The notes under the pieces are model-generated. The model had not been told where the DNA came from. It did not search any database and saw only the letters and a list, made by a program, of their open reading frames with translations. This document shows, piece after piece, positions 25,025 to 40,667 of a DNA stretch of 64,000 bases. The DNA is from Octopus vulgaris (Eukaryota). Position numbers and translations under genes: made by a program. Numbering within the stretch: position 1 is the first letter of the stretch; each line of letters starts with the position of its first letter. The DNA lies in assembly GCA_951406725.2 (NCBI GenBank), contig OX597816.1, forward strand, positions 137,950,001-138,014,000, given 5' to 3'.

Positions 25025-25750
25025 ATGGTTTCAAATTTTGGGACAAGGCCAGCAACTGGGGGTGAGGGACGAAGGCGTCCCAGGCTGAATTTGAACTCAA
25101 AACGTAAAGACAGATGAAGGCCAACAATATTGAGGAAGGGGCTACGTCCATTAAATCGACACCACTTTACAACTGATACTTATTTTATCGACACTGAAAG
25201 AACGAAAAGCAAAGTCGACCTTGGCGGAATTTGAACTCGGAAGTAAAGACGGACGAAATGTTGGTAAGCATTTTGCTCCGCGTGCCAACGATTCTGCCAT
25301 CTTGCTGGCTTATGTCACATTGATAATAGTTTCAAACATTGGCACAAGGCCAGCAATTGCGGGAGAGGGCGTAAGTATTACATCGGCCACAATGCTCTAC
25401 TGGTACGTATTTTATCGACCCTGAAATGATGAAAAGCAAAGACAATTTCGGCTGAACTTGAACCCAGAACGTAAAGCCGGACGAAATGCCGCTAAGCATA
25501 TTGCCCGGCGTGCTAACGATTCAGCCAACTCACCTCCTTATATGCCATATTAATAATCCTTTCAACTATAGGCACAAAGCCTGAAATCTGGGGGAGGGGC
25601 GAGTGGATTACATCGACCCCAGTGTTTCACTAGCACTTAATTTATCGACCCCGAAAGTATGAAAGGCAAAGTTGACCTCGGCGGAACTTGAACTCAGGAC
25701 GCAACAACAGGCGAAATGCTGCTAACGACTCTGCCAGCTCACCACCTCAT
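25025..25750 (-). mobile_element. Run of about four same-orientation family-A SINEs (tail-3 and tail-2 types)
   Basis: Repeated ttcaaa...ggcacaaggcc...tcgacc...ttgaactc...gccagctc blocks. Confidence 0.85.
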
Positions 25751-26919
25751 ATGTCATATTGATAATAATATAACAAATATGCATGTTAACAGTTATCAAG
25801 TGGGCTACACTCACGCTCGAGTATCCCTGTTTTCGTATGTGTCTGTATTTGTCTCTGTATGTATGTGAGTAGCTTTAAGTACGGTTATGGAACTATGTGT
25901 ACATGTTATCTAAGTACGTGTATATCTGTGTGTGTATATGTGTAAATGTGTATATATCTACTGTGTGTATGTGGGAGGGTGTTTGTGTGTTTCTTACGAG
26001 TGAATAAGTGTAAATCGCTGATATCTGACAAGTACAGCATATGTCTAGATAAGAGTGTGTGCCAATGCTATCAAAATGATTCACTTATTCCAACACAAAT
26101 TGGTCTAGCTGCTTTCACATTCACATATATAATAACAGTAAAAAGGCAAATGAAAAGAGGGAGGAGTACAATGAGGAGGAGATGAGGAAGCAGGAGCAGG
26201 AAATATAAGAAGAAGCAAAGAAAAACATGTTGATGTATAATCTAAAGTAGCAGCTAAATTTATGTAAAGATTTATCATAGCACTCTGCTGGTTAGTAAAG
26301 GGTGTTGTTGCTTTAAGAATTCTCAGCTATTTTTTAATTCTACTTGTCAACAATCTTGTAATATTTCAGAGTAGTTTTTAATTTTAGTTGTGTGGTGAGA
26401 ATAAGTTGGAATGTTTAGAAGAGTGACAGTTCGTTTTAATCCTTGTATACTACGTTGGCAGTAATTTTAGAGATAAGCTATATCTCAACAAATGTCCGTC
26501 CTTTCACAAACGAAATATTAATCGAGTTAGGCAGCTAATGTCGGCCATCTTGTCTTTTTGGTACAGCATTCCATTATACACTCATATACAAACATCCCAC
26601 CACTGATGCAGACACAAATATGACATTGCATCAAAAGAAACAAAAACATTATCTCATCACAGGAATAGATATAATACTACATCATTGTTATACAGAGAGC
26701 AGTTTATTAAAACCATACCTAACACAACGTATCATGCCTTTATATATGTATATATATGCATGTATGTATGTATGTATATATGTATGTATGTATATATGTA
26801 TGTATGTATGTATGTATATATATATATATATCTATATATATATATATATATATTGGTAAAAACGCTAAGATAACAAAAGAAAGAAAGAGACCTCAATATT
26901 ATGTAAATAGAGGAAATTC

Positions 26920-27269
<350 letters not shown>

Positions 27270-27413
27270 GTGTGTGTATATGTATGTAAATATTATATAA
27301 ATATTACCCTACAACACAACTAAGCACAGTTCCCGTCACATCCATACAGCTTCACATACTAACTGTACATATAAGATACTATCATAGCCATATCACACAA
27401 ATATAGAACAAGG

Positions 27414-28590
27414 AGGGAGGACCAGAGTCCTAAAGACCCGAATCTTTGTTCTCCTGCACAGATATCGGCAGCGTCAAACAACCTTGTCCAATGAGTCCGC
27501 AACTACACTAGCAGGTCCAATTCTTTTAAGACTTCAGACTTGTAGCTAATGCCTCTACGAGTCTCGATGCTGAGATAAATGAAGCAGTCGACAACTTTCT
27601 CATTCTCACCCACCACAGAGACAGACGAGGTGGAGTCCTCCAAGAAGCCAACAAAAGACCGGATTTTTATATTAACCCAAGAAACTCTAAGGCCAACTGG
27701 TTCCACTTCATTAGACATCCAGCGACTCAGCAAAAATAACTGGGTCATCAGCAAAATCGAGTTAGCGCATCGCATTTCAGTCGAGCCACCATTTGGTCAA
27801 TTATCCAGTCTATGCAGGAATTGAACAGAATGGTAGCCAAGACACAACCCTGATGAATCCTAGATCTAACTGGGAAAAAGGTGTTGAGTCCCCAATAAGA
27901 ACTGCATTAACTGTTACGCTGCATTACGCCATCATCAGCCCAATCAGTTGAGGAGGTATACCTCGCAGCTCCAGAATCTTCCAAAGTACATACTTGTCCA
28001 CCGAATTAAGTGCCTTTCGGATGTCGACAAAGGCTGTAAGCAGCCCCTGCTGAAAACTCCGCTTGTGTTCAAAGAATACACGAAGATTCAGGATCCTGTC
28101 AGTAGATGATCTCTTTGGCGTAAACCTTGCCTGCTCCGGCCGCTGACATGCGAGCAAATAGTTTTGCCCTATAGTTGTGAAACGTGGACACTATCTGGGG
28201 CCCTCAGAAGTGTGTGAACACCTCTGGTACCAGGATGTTTCGCAAGACTATGGGTTAACATTGGTTGGATTTCGTATCCAACCAACAACTGTACTCAGAA
28301 ACTGGGATGCGTCTTGTTACTTCTATGATTCAGGAGCGCCAATTCAGACTGTTTGGCCATGTTGCTCCATTTCCCGAAGTTAGACCCGACATTCCGTGTT
28401 CTCGCCTCTTAAAACCCAGCTTGTTGACGGGTCGTGTTGGTCGGCCACATGCTACCTGGTCACAAGAGATGAGGACAGGTATCTCGTGGGGATGGGGACT
28501 GAGTGAGACGCTATTCGACGGGTTGCACAGGAGGTGAATGTAGCAACGCGCTGCAACAGCACATGCCCTCACACCTCACCCGACCCGACA
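27414..28590. mobile_element. RTE-clade LINE fragment with inverted 5' part (27414-28160 minus, 28161-28590 plus)
   Basis: Minus: QRPEQARFTPKRSSTDRIL, AFVDIRKALNSVD ... KIRVFRTLVLP; plus: VLPYSCETWTL ... RQFRLFGHVA; 3' end cctcacccgacccgac. Confidence 0.85.
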
Positions 28591-29062
28591 GTCATGCAGA
28601 CAGCACTTCGTCAAAATCATAGGCGCAGCATCACAGCTCAACCATACATATAACACGATATCACTTCCAATTGCAGAAATCCGATTCCAGCAGTACATAT
28701 AACACCCCATTGCAACCATATATACAGCAAACAAGAATTACAAGTGTATCACAATGTGTGCGTGTGTGTGTGTGTATGTACATTACCTCGTCAAAGTCAT
28801 ACATTCTTCTGCCGAAGTCATCATTAAAATATGTTTGCCTCTGACATTTTTCCTCCGTATCCCCAGTAAAATTTAATGCAGCTTTAAATAATGTATTTTC
28901 TTATTAAGATATAAAGAAATATGAGATTTAGCTTGTTTGTAGTTTCGAGAATAGTAATTTTTGAAGTGAATACCCTTAAAAGTATTCACGAAATACACGA
29001 CTGGCACTGACTTTAAGAACTTTATCTCATGGAAACGAAGAGAGAGAAAAAAAGAGAATTAT

Positions 29063-31650
29063 ATAACTTAGATATTCCCAGGCCATGTCTAAGTTAACAG
29101 CACCACTTGGCGAAGTCTTGTAGTCATATATAGGGCACTATAGCCCACTCTAACCAAGAGTTATTGTTGTTGGAGACATCCGGCTGTAGGAGGTTGGTCT
29201 GTGATTTTTTTTGTCGTAATGTTGTTGTCTTGAGTTCGATTTTTGTAGTGGGCGGATAGCACGGGGGCCAAGTCTTGGGTGGATTTAAAATTGATGCCAA
29301 CATCATTTGTGCAATATTGATGGAATGATGTAGCATTCATGGCGGCGTTGGAGACTAGAGACTAAGTTTTTTTTTAGTCGACCTCACTTGTCAATGCTTG
29401 TCATGCCGTCTTTTTTGTTATTGACCACTGGAGTGCTTCCACTTTCCTAATGAGTTGCTTCGTGTGGGGAGACCACAGTGGTCAACAGTATTCAAGGTGT
29501 GGTCGGGCAAAAGTAGAATAGAGAAGGATGATGGTGTGAGCATCTCTAGACCAGAAAGTTCTCAAAATCCAGGAGCAGATCTCGTGGGCCAAGTCAACCT
29601 TGCTATTTACATGGGGACTCCAGCTTAGTTTGTCATCAACAATTACTCCAAGGTGACTGGTGTTGGTGGATGACATTAGGGAGTCACTTGAGGGAAGGGC
29701 ATATCGCAGTTTCAGATTATCTTCTTTTCCAAAGTGGATCAAATTAAACTTATCTTCATTTAGAAGCATTTTGTACTTTTCCGCCCAGTGGAGAACAACA
29801 AACAGATCCGACTGAAGGCATGTTCGGTCTCCCATGCCGTTTATGGCCTTCTGGAGCTTGGAATCATCTGCAAAGATTTTCAATGTACAATGTTTGATGA
29901 CGTCTACTATGTATTTGACACAGATAATGAAGTGGTGTGGACCCAACACAGTACCTTGTGGGACACCACTACTGACTTTGACTGAGCTTGATCTGATTAC
30001 ATCAAACATAAAATGTTGGGTTCTGTTCGTCAGGAAACACTCTATACCCTACAACAGCTTTCCACGGACTCCAATGTTGGACAGTTTCTTCAGCAGGATT
30101 TGGATTTTGTGGTCCACTCTGTCAAATGCCTTGCTGAAATCAAGGTATATGACACCAGTGTTTGGAGCCTTCTTCCAAAGTTTTTAAAATGTCATCAAAA
30201 TAGCGCAGAAGCCGCGACAAGCAGTCCCCTACTATCACGGAAACCATGCTGGTTGGGGTTCAGCAGATTGTTGTCTTCGAGGAAGTGGGTTGTTCGAAAT
30301 TTCACTACCCTCTCAAATACTTTAATGAAATGAGAGGTGAGTGAAAACGGACGGTATTTCGCTGCAAGGGATTTGTTTCCCTTTTTGAAAACTAGAATGA
30401 CAGACTAGAAAAGAAAATGATTCGGAATGTAGCCTGTGTCAAGTGAGTTCCTCCAGGGCTCAGGTAGAGGGGGTGCAATTTGATGTCGACACATCTTCAG
30501 GACAGTGGCCGGGACCCTATCGGGTCCTACTGCCGAGTTGTGCTTGATCTTATTTATTTCTGTTAGGATATCAGAAGCACCAAATTTATGTCATATATAG
30601 TTAGTTGAGGGTTTACATCACTGATACTAGCCAGATCAACCGCATTAGCATTACTAATAACAGAGCAGTATTGTTTCTGCAATCTCTCGCACATGGATTT
30701 TGCATCATGTAGAATGTTGCTCTCATCAATCAGAGGACCAACACTGAAAACAGCAACTTCGTTTTTCTTTTCTTTTCTTTTTAATTTTTTTCTTTTTTTG
30801 CAAATGAAATGAACAATTTGGAATTGAGTTTTATTTTCTCAGTGGCCCAATTCTCCTCAGCTGCTGTTTGTTTCTTAATAATGGTCATCATACATTTTTG
30901 GAGGTTGTGTTTTTTCAATTCGAGTGATGCAATGGCAGTCGAATGGGTGAATTGTTGTTGGCAGTATTTAAGCTGGTTGATTTTCTTGGTAATTCTTTTT
31001 ATTTTTCTGATAATTGATCTTCTATTTCTGGGGATTCTTCACTCAGATTTGTTTACTGATCTTAATGGGGTATGTTTTGCGCATATATTTGTTACAGTTT
31101 CTACAATTGTCTGCTATGATGTATTTATGTTGAGGGGGGGGGGAGGTACGTGCGTGAAGGCCCAATCGACTTGTGAAAGATCATGATTGATTGCATCCCG
31201 GTCTGCATTATGAAGTTCCATAGTGTCAAATGGATGTGCTTGAGAGATGTCATTGGGTTTGATCTTTAGATGGTAGAATCTCAGATCGCAGAGAACCATG
31301 TCATGGTCTGAGAGTTGATGTGTTTTTTTTTTCCACTGCAATATTGTGGATAGTGCCAGTGTGGTTACTGAACACTAGGTCCTTGGTGTTTTTGTGACAC
31401 CATGTTGGTTTGAGAACAAGTTGGGTCAGGAAAAACTCATCCATGGAATCAAAAATTCAATTCGATTGTCTCCTTATCAATTCGATTGCCTCCTTAACTC
31501 TTTGTGGACCAATCAACACTGGGAAGGTTGAAGCCCCTGTCATTAATATGTTGTGAGCATGACACTGATGGATGAAACAATATTGTTGAAGCATTCCTTG
31601 ATGCGTAGAATAGGTGTTAGAGTTGGCCTATAGAGCCCAGCCACGACACA
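29063..31650 (-). mobile_element. Degraded CR1-clade LINE ORF2 (endonuclease tail, RT, 3' end) with internal deletions
   Basis: SGVPQGTVLGP, IFADDSK, RPHLEYC, SDHDMV; 3' terminus matches the 39176-39950 copy (ggtgct.ttaa.ttagacatggcctgg ... tctaagttat). Confidence 0.88.
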
Positions 31651-32699
31651 ATTCTGACGGACTCCAGATCTAACTAGGAAAAAGTCAGATGTTGGGCCCC
31701 TAATCTGAACTGCACAGACTGCACTGAATTATATAAGCTCTTCAAGCTTTGATATAATTTCTTTTGATGTAATTTCCGAGGGGCAATTCTCTCCGCTCAT
31801 GTAGCAGTCTATACTGCAACCACACTTACGTAGTTTCTGAGATCATTGATACCAGTATGGCAGTCAAAGAATCACTCTTCAAAGTTACAGTACTGTCATT
31901 TGCCCCACTATGTCTTACAACTCGGTGAAGGATCCCTCTGAGAATAATAGGTCTAGGTAACAAAGACAAAATGAGATGCTTCTGACATGGTGTGACCGGT
32001 TGACCTCTCAGCATGTGATTTATAGTAATTTTGTATTTAGAAGGTTAATGCTGACAGAACAGACGGTGTTGGCCTGCGTATTATTGACATTAAGACCAGT
32101 AGGAAAGCCAAATTGATTAGCTATAAATTAAACCAAACTTACCAAAATGGCATGTGAGTAAAACCTGTAACATGTGTAGAAGCAAACATAGTGAGTGAGA
32201 GTAATTACAAATTTCGGGATGACAGGTGACTTCATGCATCTATGTCCTTGTTTAAGATGTTTTAAGATGAAATAACAACGGGTGATTTATGACAATAGCT
32301 GTAGATTATAACTGCGTAGATATTTTACGTTAAACTATTCTGAAGTTTGTCTATAAGGAGATTTGGGATTCAATATAATTGTAACGAAGAAACATATTTA
32401 TGTAAAGGAAAAGAAGCAAAGAAAAATACACTTTGAGCCCTGAAATAGTGGAAAATCGAAATATATTTTGATTATCACGTTTGCTTATGTTTAAACCATT
32501 AATTAATTCGTATTTAGAACACTAATTAATTATAAAATTATAAAATTGAATATGTTTGAAATATATATTATATAGAAAATGGCATTTTTCTATGTTAAGG
32601 GGAAATGGTACTGAGTGCTATGGCGTTCATGCTTTCGTTATACAATTTTCGTTATACAATTTTCTAACCTCAAATTTTCCGATTATCGAGAATTTATCG

Positions 32700-33432
<733 letters not shown>

Positions 33433-33525
33433 TATATATATATATATACATACATATATATAAATACACATATATATATATATGTATACACTGATAGCTA
33501 GCTAGCTAGATAGATAGATAGATAG

Positions 33526-34065
33526 ATGGCAGCAAATTGCAAGCTTCTGGCAGGATGGATACTAAGTTCGTTCAAGACAAGAGACCAAGAAGTTATGTTG
33601 ACCCCGTGGAGAACCCTTTGTTCTCAGCCGTGTGGACTACTTCTCGCAGCTATGGTCACAATACGTTACCAAAGTAACTACACTAAAATGATTGAAACAA
33701 TGCAGCAGATGAGTTGCAAGAGGAGTCTGAAAAAACTACAACTCTACTCCGTGGAGCGAAGGCGCGACAAATATGTAATAATCTACACATGGAAAACTCT
33801 AGAAGGGCTAGCACCTAAATTTCGTCATTGTTTGTTATACAAATGCCAGAATTGGACGCCAATGTATTGTACCATACGTACCAATCACTCCATCTAAATT
33901 CACAACCAGGTACTGCAGTAGCCTAGGGTTCAAAGGGCCACAGCTCTTCAATGCCCTGTCACAAAAATTTAAGGAATCTATATTGCTGATGTAGATGTCT
34001 TCATCTTCCTCTCCATAATATCAGATGAGACAAGGGCTCGGAATGAGGTTCAGACGAGAGTAGCG
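33526..34065 (+). mobile_element. CR1-clade LINE 3' fragment of a second, older family
   Basis: GWILSSFKTRD, LKKLQLYSVERRRDKYVIIYTWK, paralleling the 39186 ORF. Confidence 0.8.
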
Positions 34066-35724
34066 GATTAATTTTGGTGTCGTATCCGTTGTAAATTTAC
34101 CCTCTAGTATTAAATATAATAAAATCATGGGATATTATATTATATGGTGAATTAAATTGCATTGCATATGTTATAAGCTATATGTTATGGTATGTGGTGT
34201 GCTATATATTTAGTTTGACTTCATCCTATTTTGGTGATTACACTATTTTCCTTTATATGATGTTTTACACCACTGATCATATTATGTATATTTGTAGTGA
34301 CTATGTGAGTAAGTCTCCTCTCAACTAAATCATATACCCCCTAGAAAGTACAAAATCATATATACAATAGCACCTATAACATTACAACTTATAAAATCTC
34401 TTCGGTCTTAACACCTTTAACTGCCCTCACTACGTCCAATACCTATTAACCCCTCTTTTCGGCTTACTTTTATCTCTTCCCTACCTCAAATTTTAATCAC
34501 TTGTCTCTTTAAATGTAGGTTAAGTGTATTTCTTATTGTTTTCTGTAAATTCTTATTTTGTTTTGTGATTTTGATATCCTTACCTATTAACCCCTTATCC
34601 CTTATAAACTGTTGCTTTTCTTCTTCTTAAATAGATATTTTTCAGTTACTTAAATCTATGCGAGATCGTTATACTATATCCATATAAACGTATAAATATT
34701 TGTGTATGTGTGCATATATGCACATATATAAATGTATGTGTATATGTATGCATCTTTACCTTTTTCTGATTCATTGCTTAAAATCAATAGATAGCATGTT
34801 TATCTTTCCAGTTATTCCATAAGTAAATGCCCTGAGCAGTCATTATAGAAGCCACATAATAAGTAATTAATTAAGTACAGGAATGAATATTAAACTGATT
34901 CTATGTAATCTTTCCTTTTTAATGTTTATAATTGATGTATACACAGTTTGCCTATTTTTGTTATGATATCATTTTTGAAAATCTGAAATTTTATGTTTGT
35001 ATAACATAACAATATTGTTTATATACAATCATTCATAGTGCCCCCAAATAAAATTTCCTCTGTATTAAAATCCTAGGTTTCTTAGCGTCTTGCCCCTTTA
35101 ACTGGTAATTAACATCATGGTTTAGAGTCTTCCCCAACCCAGCCTCTTATAGACCGTTACTTATATCCAATTGACTACTCCTAATGTCTTCTTTCCTTCC
35201 CGAGGAAAACGGATACATATGATAATATTTACGACCATACCTAGCCAGAAGCTGTCAACTCACTCTTGTCCTTTATCCAAACTAGACACAGTCTTCTAGT
35301 CTTAGATTTAGTAGTATATAAAGAGATAAATGAATTAGAAATAAATTATAACCCCTTACAACACTATGACCCCAATAAGCTTCATGCGATTCTTGGAAGT
35401 GTAGACTATTCTTAGCTACAATAGAGACAACATAAATTTCTTCCATCTTCTTGGTCTGTTAAGATATTTGCAAAAAAATTATATTAACGTGTCCTACTGG
35501 TTAAAATTCTATTTATTTTTTTGTCCAGCTGAAATGGTACTGCATTTAAATTGATGTAATAATTGCATTGTTCAGTTAAATAGAGTTGCTTGAAACGGTC
35601 GTACAGCATCACTACTTGGTATCGTGTTGCTTATTTCGATTTTATTCACCTTACTTTCGAGCTGTGCGGATAATACCGGACTGACCTGGTGCTTCAACTT
35701 AAGTGCCTAATTCAACTGAATTTC

Positions 35725-35781
<57 letters not shown>

Positions 35782-36101
35782 CATACATATATACATATAC
35801 ACATACATACATACATACATACACACACAGAGATAGAGAGAAAAGGTTTAAGGATAATATAGGGAAGTACGTGTGAGCGCGCATGCGCATGTATATTTTG
35901 ATAGATTACATAGAAAAATGTGCAGAAGAGCTATTTGACATGAAGAACGGTTCAACTCGTCAAGGCATTAACATAGTTTTAAAGACAGCAAATTCTTTAT
36001 AATAGTGATATAATTACTTCAGTCTATTTCATATTGATACATTTACATTCTGCTGAGAGAAACAGCAGGCGTTATACTCGCCTCCCCTACACAAAGGCAC
36101 A

Positions 36102-36868
36102 CATACATACATACATACATACATACATACATACATACATACATACATACATACATACATACATACATACATACATACATACATACATACATACATACAT
36201 ACATACATACATACATACATACATACATACATACATACATACATACATACATACATACATACATACATACATACATACATACATACATACATACATACAT
36301 ACATACATACATACATACATACATACATACATACATACATACATACATACATACATACATACATACATACATACATACATACATACATACATACATACAT
36401 ACATACATACATACATACATACATACATACATACATACATACATACATACATACATACATACATACATACATACATACATACATACATACATACATACAT
36501 ACATACATACATACATACATACATACATACATACATACATACATACATACATACATACATACATACATACATACATACATACATACATACATACATACAT
36601 ACATACATACATACATACATACATACATACATACATACATACATACATACATACATACATACATACATACATACATACATACATACATACATACATACAT
36701 ACATACATACATACATACATACATACATACATACATACATACATACATACATACATACATACATACATACATACATACATACATACATACATACATACAT
36801 ACATACATACATACATACATACATACATACATACATACATACATACATACATACATACATACATACAT
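36102..36868. repeat. About 770-bp perfect (TACA)n; second array at about 52968-53252
   Basis: Direct reading. Confidence 0.98.
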
Positions 36869-36979
36869 AGACATTTCAAAGTGCTGAGTGAATGAAGCAA
36901 AAAAGAAAAAACTCTGTACCAAAACAATTTATTCACGAGTACGTAGGCATTGAGTGAAATACAGCAGCAATACGTCTAA

Positions 36980-37065
<86 letters not shown>

Positions 37066-37686
37066 TAGGGATGGAGAAAGTAAGAGGGCAAGATATATAT
37101 ATATATATATAAGAGAGAGAGAGAGGGGGGGGAATAGATAGCGAGAGACACATATACAAACACACACACACATAACAAAAGTAGTTTAAAGTGTTCGCCT
37201 AGAAGTGGTAACTGATGGGTTTGGCATATGAAAAAAACATCCATCGCTGCTTGAAAGATTGCAGCCATATGTTTGTATATAATATCACTTTGAACTCGAC
37301 TTAGATTACCTTTTTGCTGACGTGTGATGTCATATAATACTTACTGTTACACGGATATCACTCTTGTCTTGACATGATATCCCACAGTGGAAAGATGTGT
37401 GTGAAGAGTATTAATATCGCTACGTCAATGCGAAAAGTCTACGTTGCGCCGCTTTCTATTGATAAGACACAACCGCTATCTTGAGTGAGGTTTTAATCTG
37501 TATTTCAAGAAAGAAAAGGCGAGGAAAGAATAATATTTGCCTTGTGCAAATTATGTATGTATGTATGTAGATGTAATGTAACATAATATATATATGGACG
37601 TGAGTATGTACGTACGTGTAAGTTTGTGTGTATACACATATATATATATATAAATACACACACACACACATACATACATACATACA

Positions 37687-37738
<52 letters not shown>

Positions 37739-37860
37739 CATACACACACACACACATCTATATGTATATGTGTATGTATCTGTGTGTATATATTATGTAA
37801 GTATATATATATATATATGCGTGTATACATATTTGTGTATAGACACATATCCACACACGC

Positions 37861-37891
<31 letters not shown>

Positions 37892-37892
37892 C

Positions 37893-37939
<47 letters not shown>

Positions 37940-37946
37940 TAAATGT

Positions 37947-37987
<41 letters not shown>

Positions 37988-38620
37988 ATACGTGTATGCT
38001 TTATATATATATATATGAAGAATCATTGTATACATCCATTTGTTGTGTAGAACTGCTAAGGGAAGGAAAGAGAACTTATCTTGTCATAGAGTAACAGCTT
38101 TTTTTACTAGGGTCAAACAATCATATCCACTAACACGCACATATACTTACTCACTCACTCAACACCAAATACACAAACGCGCGAGCACGAAAAGAACGAC
38201 CGCATAGACACATACACACACTGATATACCCGCCCAAGCTTTCTCTCACATAAGAGCACACAAACGCAAATACGAGCTGAAAGGCATGCATACAAGATCG
38301 CACACAGATATACACAACGCTACAGAGAGAGGGAGATTAAGAGAGAGAGAGAGGTGAGGAAAGAGGGAGAGGGAAAGAATCAAAGAATAAAAGAAAGAAA
38401 AAAGAAAGAGAAAGAAAGAGCAACAGACAGGCATACAGGAAGACAGTCCAGGACAAACAAATCCACATAGAAGAATAAAAAAAAAAATTACTTTGAAAAT
38501 GGTAAATTTCTATCCAACCAAGTTGTACATTTATAAAAAGAACATACAGCTGCAATGAGAAGCCAGTGATCTGTGTTGTTGGTTTATATTGTAAAACATC
38601 AATCATCTACACCAAAAAGC

Positions 38621-38932
38621 GTAGGCATGGCTGTGCGGTTAAGAAGCTCGCTTTGCAAACTGCGCGGTTGCGGATTCAGTCCTACTGCGTGGCCCCTTGG
38701 GGAAGTGTCTTCTACTATATTCAGAGACGGTTTACGGAGGAACTACGTGGATCCTCAAGGAACGTTACGATTGTTTATTCTCCTTAATATGTCAGTGAAT
38801 TTGGTAGAAGTAAACTGTGTGTAAGCCCGTCATACATACATACATACGTACATAAATACACACATAAATGCATACGTACATACATGCATGCATACACACA
38901 TACATACATGCATACATACATACATACATACA

Positions 38933-38966
<34 letters not shown>

Positions 38967-39061
38967 CATACATACATATACATTATGGGCTGCGAGAAAC
39001 ACATGTATGTATATATATATATATTCATATATGTGCGCGTGTGTGTGTGTGTAAGTGTGTG

Positions 39062-39144
<83 letters not shown>

Positions 39145-40195
39145 TCATATATGTGCGCGTGTGTGTATGTGTGTAAATCAGAGACTTGGGAGTAATCATC
39201 AGAGACTTGGGAGTAACAGTGGACAACAACATAAGCTGGGCTACACATATAAGCAGCAAAGTTGACATGGCCCGCAGAATGTGTTCCTGGATTCTCAGAA
39301 CCGTCCAGTCGAGAGATTCCCACACTATTATCCTTCTCTTCTCTATTTTTGCCCGACCCCACCTTGAATACTGCTGTCCACTGTGGTCTCCCTACACAAA
39401 ACAAAATATTATGAGAATTGAAGCTCCCCAAAGGTCAATCACAAAAAAGATAGATGGCATGTCAGACCTTGACTACTGGGGTAGACTAGAGAAGCTGAAA
39501 CTGTATTCACTCCAACGACGCCGTGAACGCTACATTATCTGTATGATGTGGAAAATATTCCATCAACACTGTCCGAATGATGTTGGCATCACCTTCAAAA
39601 TACATCCAAGGCTTGGACCACGTGCCATCAGTCCACAACAAAAATCTAAATCGCATCACATAACGACAATACGGCACAATTATTTCACCTCAATTGGACT
39701 CGCTCTCTTCAAAATTACACCAGGACACGTCAAAAAAGAAACTGACCACACAAAATTCAAGAAGTCTTTCGACAAATTCCTTCAAACAGTCCCGGACAAA
39801 CCACCCACACCCGGATATGTCTCCGCAAACAATAACTCTCTGCTCGAATGGCCTCGGTGCCCAAATCCTGAATTGAAAGACTTCGCCAGGTGGTGCTATT
39901 AAGTTAGACATGGCCTGGGCCAATACTGGCCAAAACCTTTCTAAGTTATATATATATATATATATGTATAAGTATATACATGTGTGTATGAGTGTGTGTG
40001 TCGTTTGTACCCCACCATCGCTTGAAAACCAGAGATGGTTTGTTTGCGTCTTCGTAACTTAGATGCCCGATAAAAGAGACCCGATAGAAAAAGTACCAAG
40101 CTTCAAAGTATGTACTGGCGTCGATTCGTTCGATTGAACCATTCCTGGCGATGCCCCAGCATGGCCATAATCAAACGAGGAAAACAAGTAAAACG
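38621..40195 (+). mobile_element. Family-B SINE split by insertions (head 38621-38832, tail about 40000-40195)
   Basis: Head taggcatggctgtgcggttaagaagc; 3' half resumes after the CR1 copy. Confidence 0.7.
39176..39950 (+). mobile_element. 5'-truncated young CR1-clade LINE with an uninterrupted ORF2 C-terminus (39186-39902)
   Basis: RDLGVTVD, RPHLEYCCPLWSP, LKLYSLQRRRERY; 5' end carries a short tandem duplication atcagagacttgggagtaa. Confidence 0.92.
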
Positions 40196-40584
40196 TAATG
40201 GAAAAAGATAAGACCAATGGCTCAGTTAATTTCATATGAAGAAGAAAGTACTTTGGCAAAGTTTATGGTATAATCATATTAGTTTGTGGTTCTTATAGGT
40301 GAATCTGTGTGTACGCGTGTTTTTAGTGTGTGTGTGTGCGCGTGTTTTTAGTGTGTGTGTGTCCTATGTTTTTTGTTTTTTTACTTGCTTCAGTAATTAG
40401 ACTGCGGCCATACTGGGGCACTGCCTTGAAGAAATTTTAGTCGAATGAATCGACCTCAGTACTTATTTTCTGTTCAGCCTAGTTCTTATTTTATCTGTCT
40501 CTTTTGCCGAACCGCAAATTTACGGGGAGATAGACACAACACCTGTTGTCAAGCGGTGGTAGGGAACAAACCCAGACATAATAA

Positions 40585-40638
<54 letters not shown>

Positions 40639-40667
40639 TATATGTACGTTTGTATGTATGTATGTAT

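Noticed and set aside
25025-25750. Regularly recurring motifs suggesting a CRISPR-like array
   Set aside because: Eukaryotic DNA; units are diverged SINE copies of about 200 bp, not repeat-spacer units
36029-36936. Long ORFs of MYVC/HTYI repeats, and the many similar [12 protein letters not shown] and LSIY ORFs
   Set aside because: Translations of stop-free microsatellites, open on both strands
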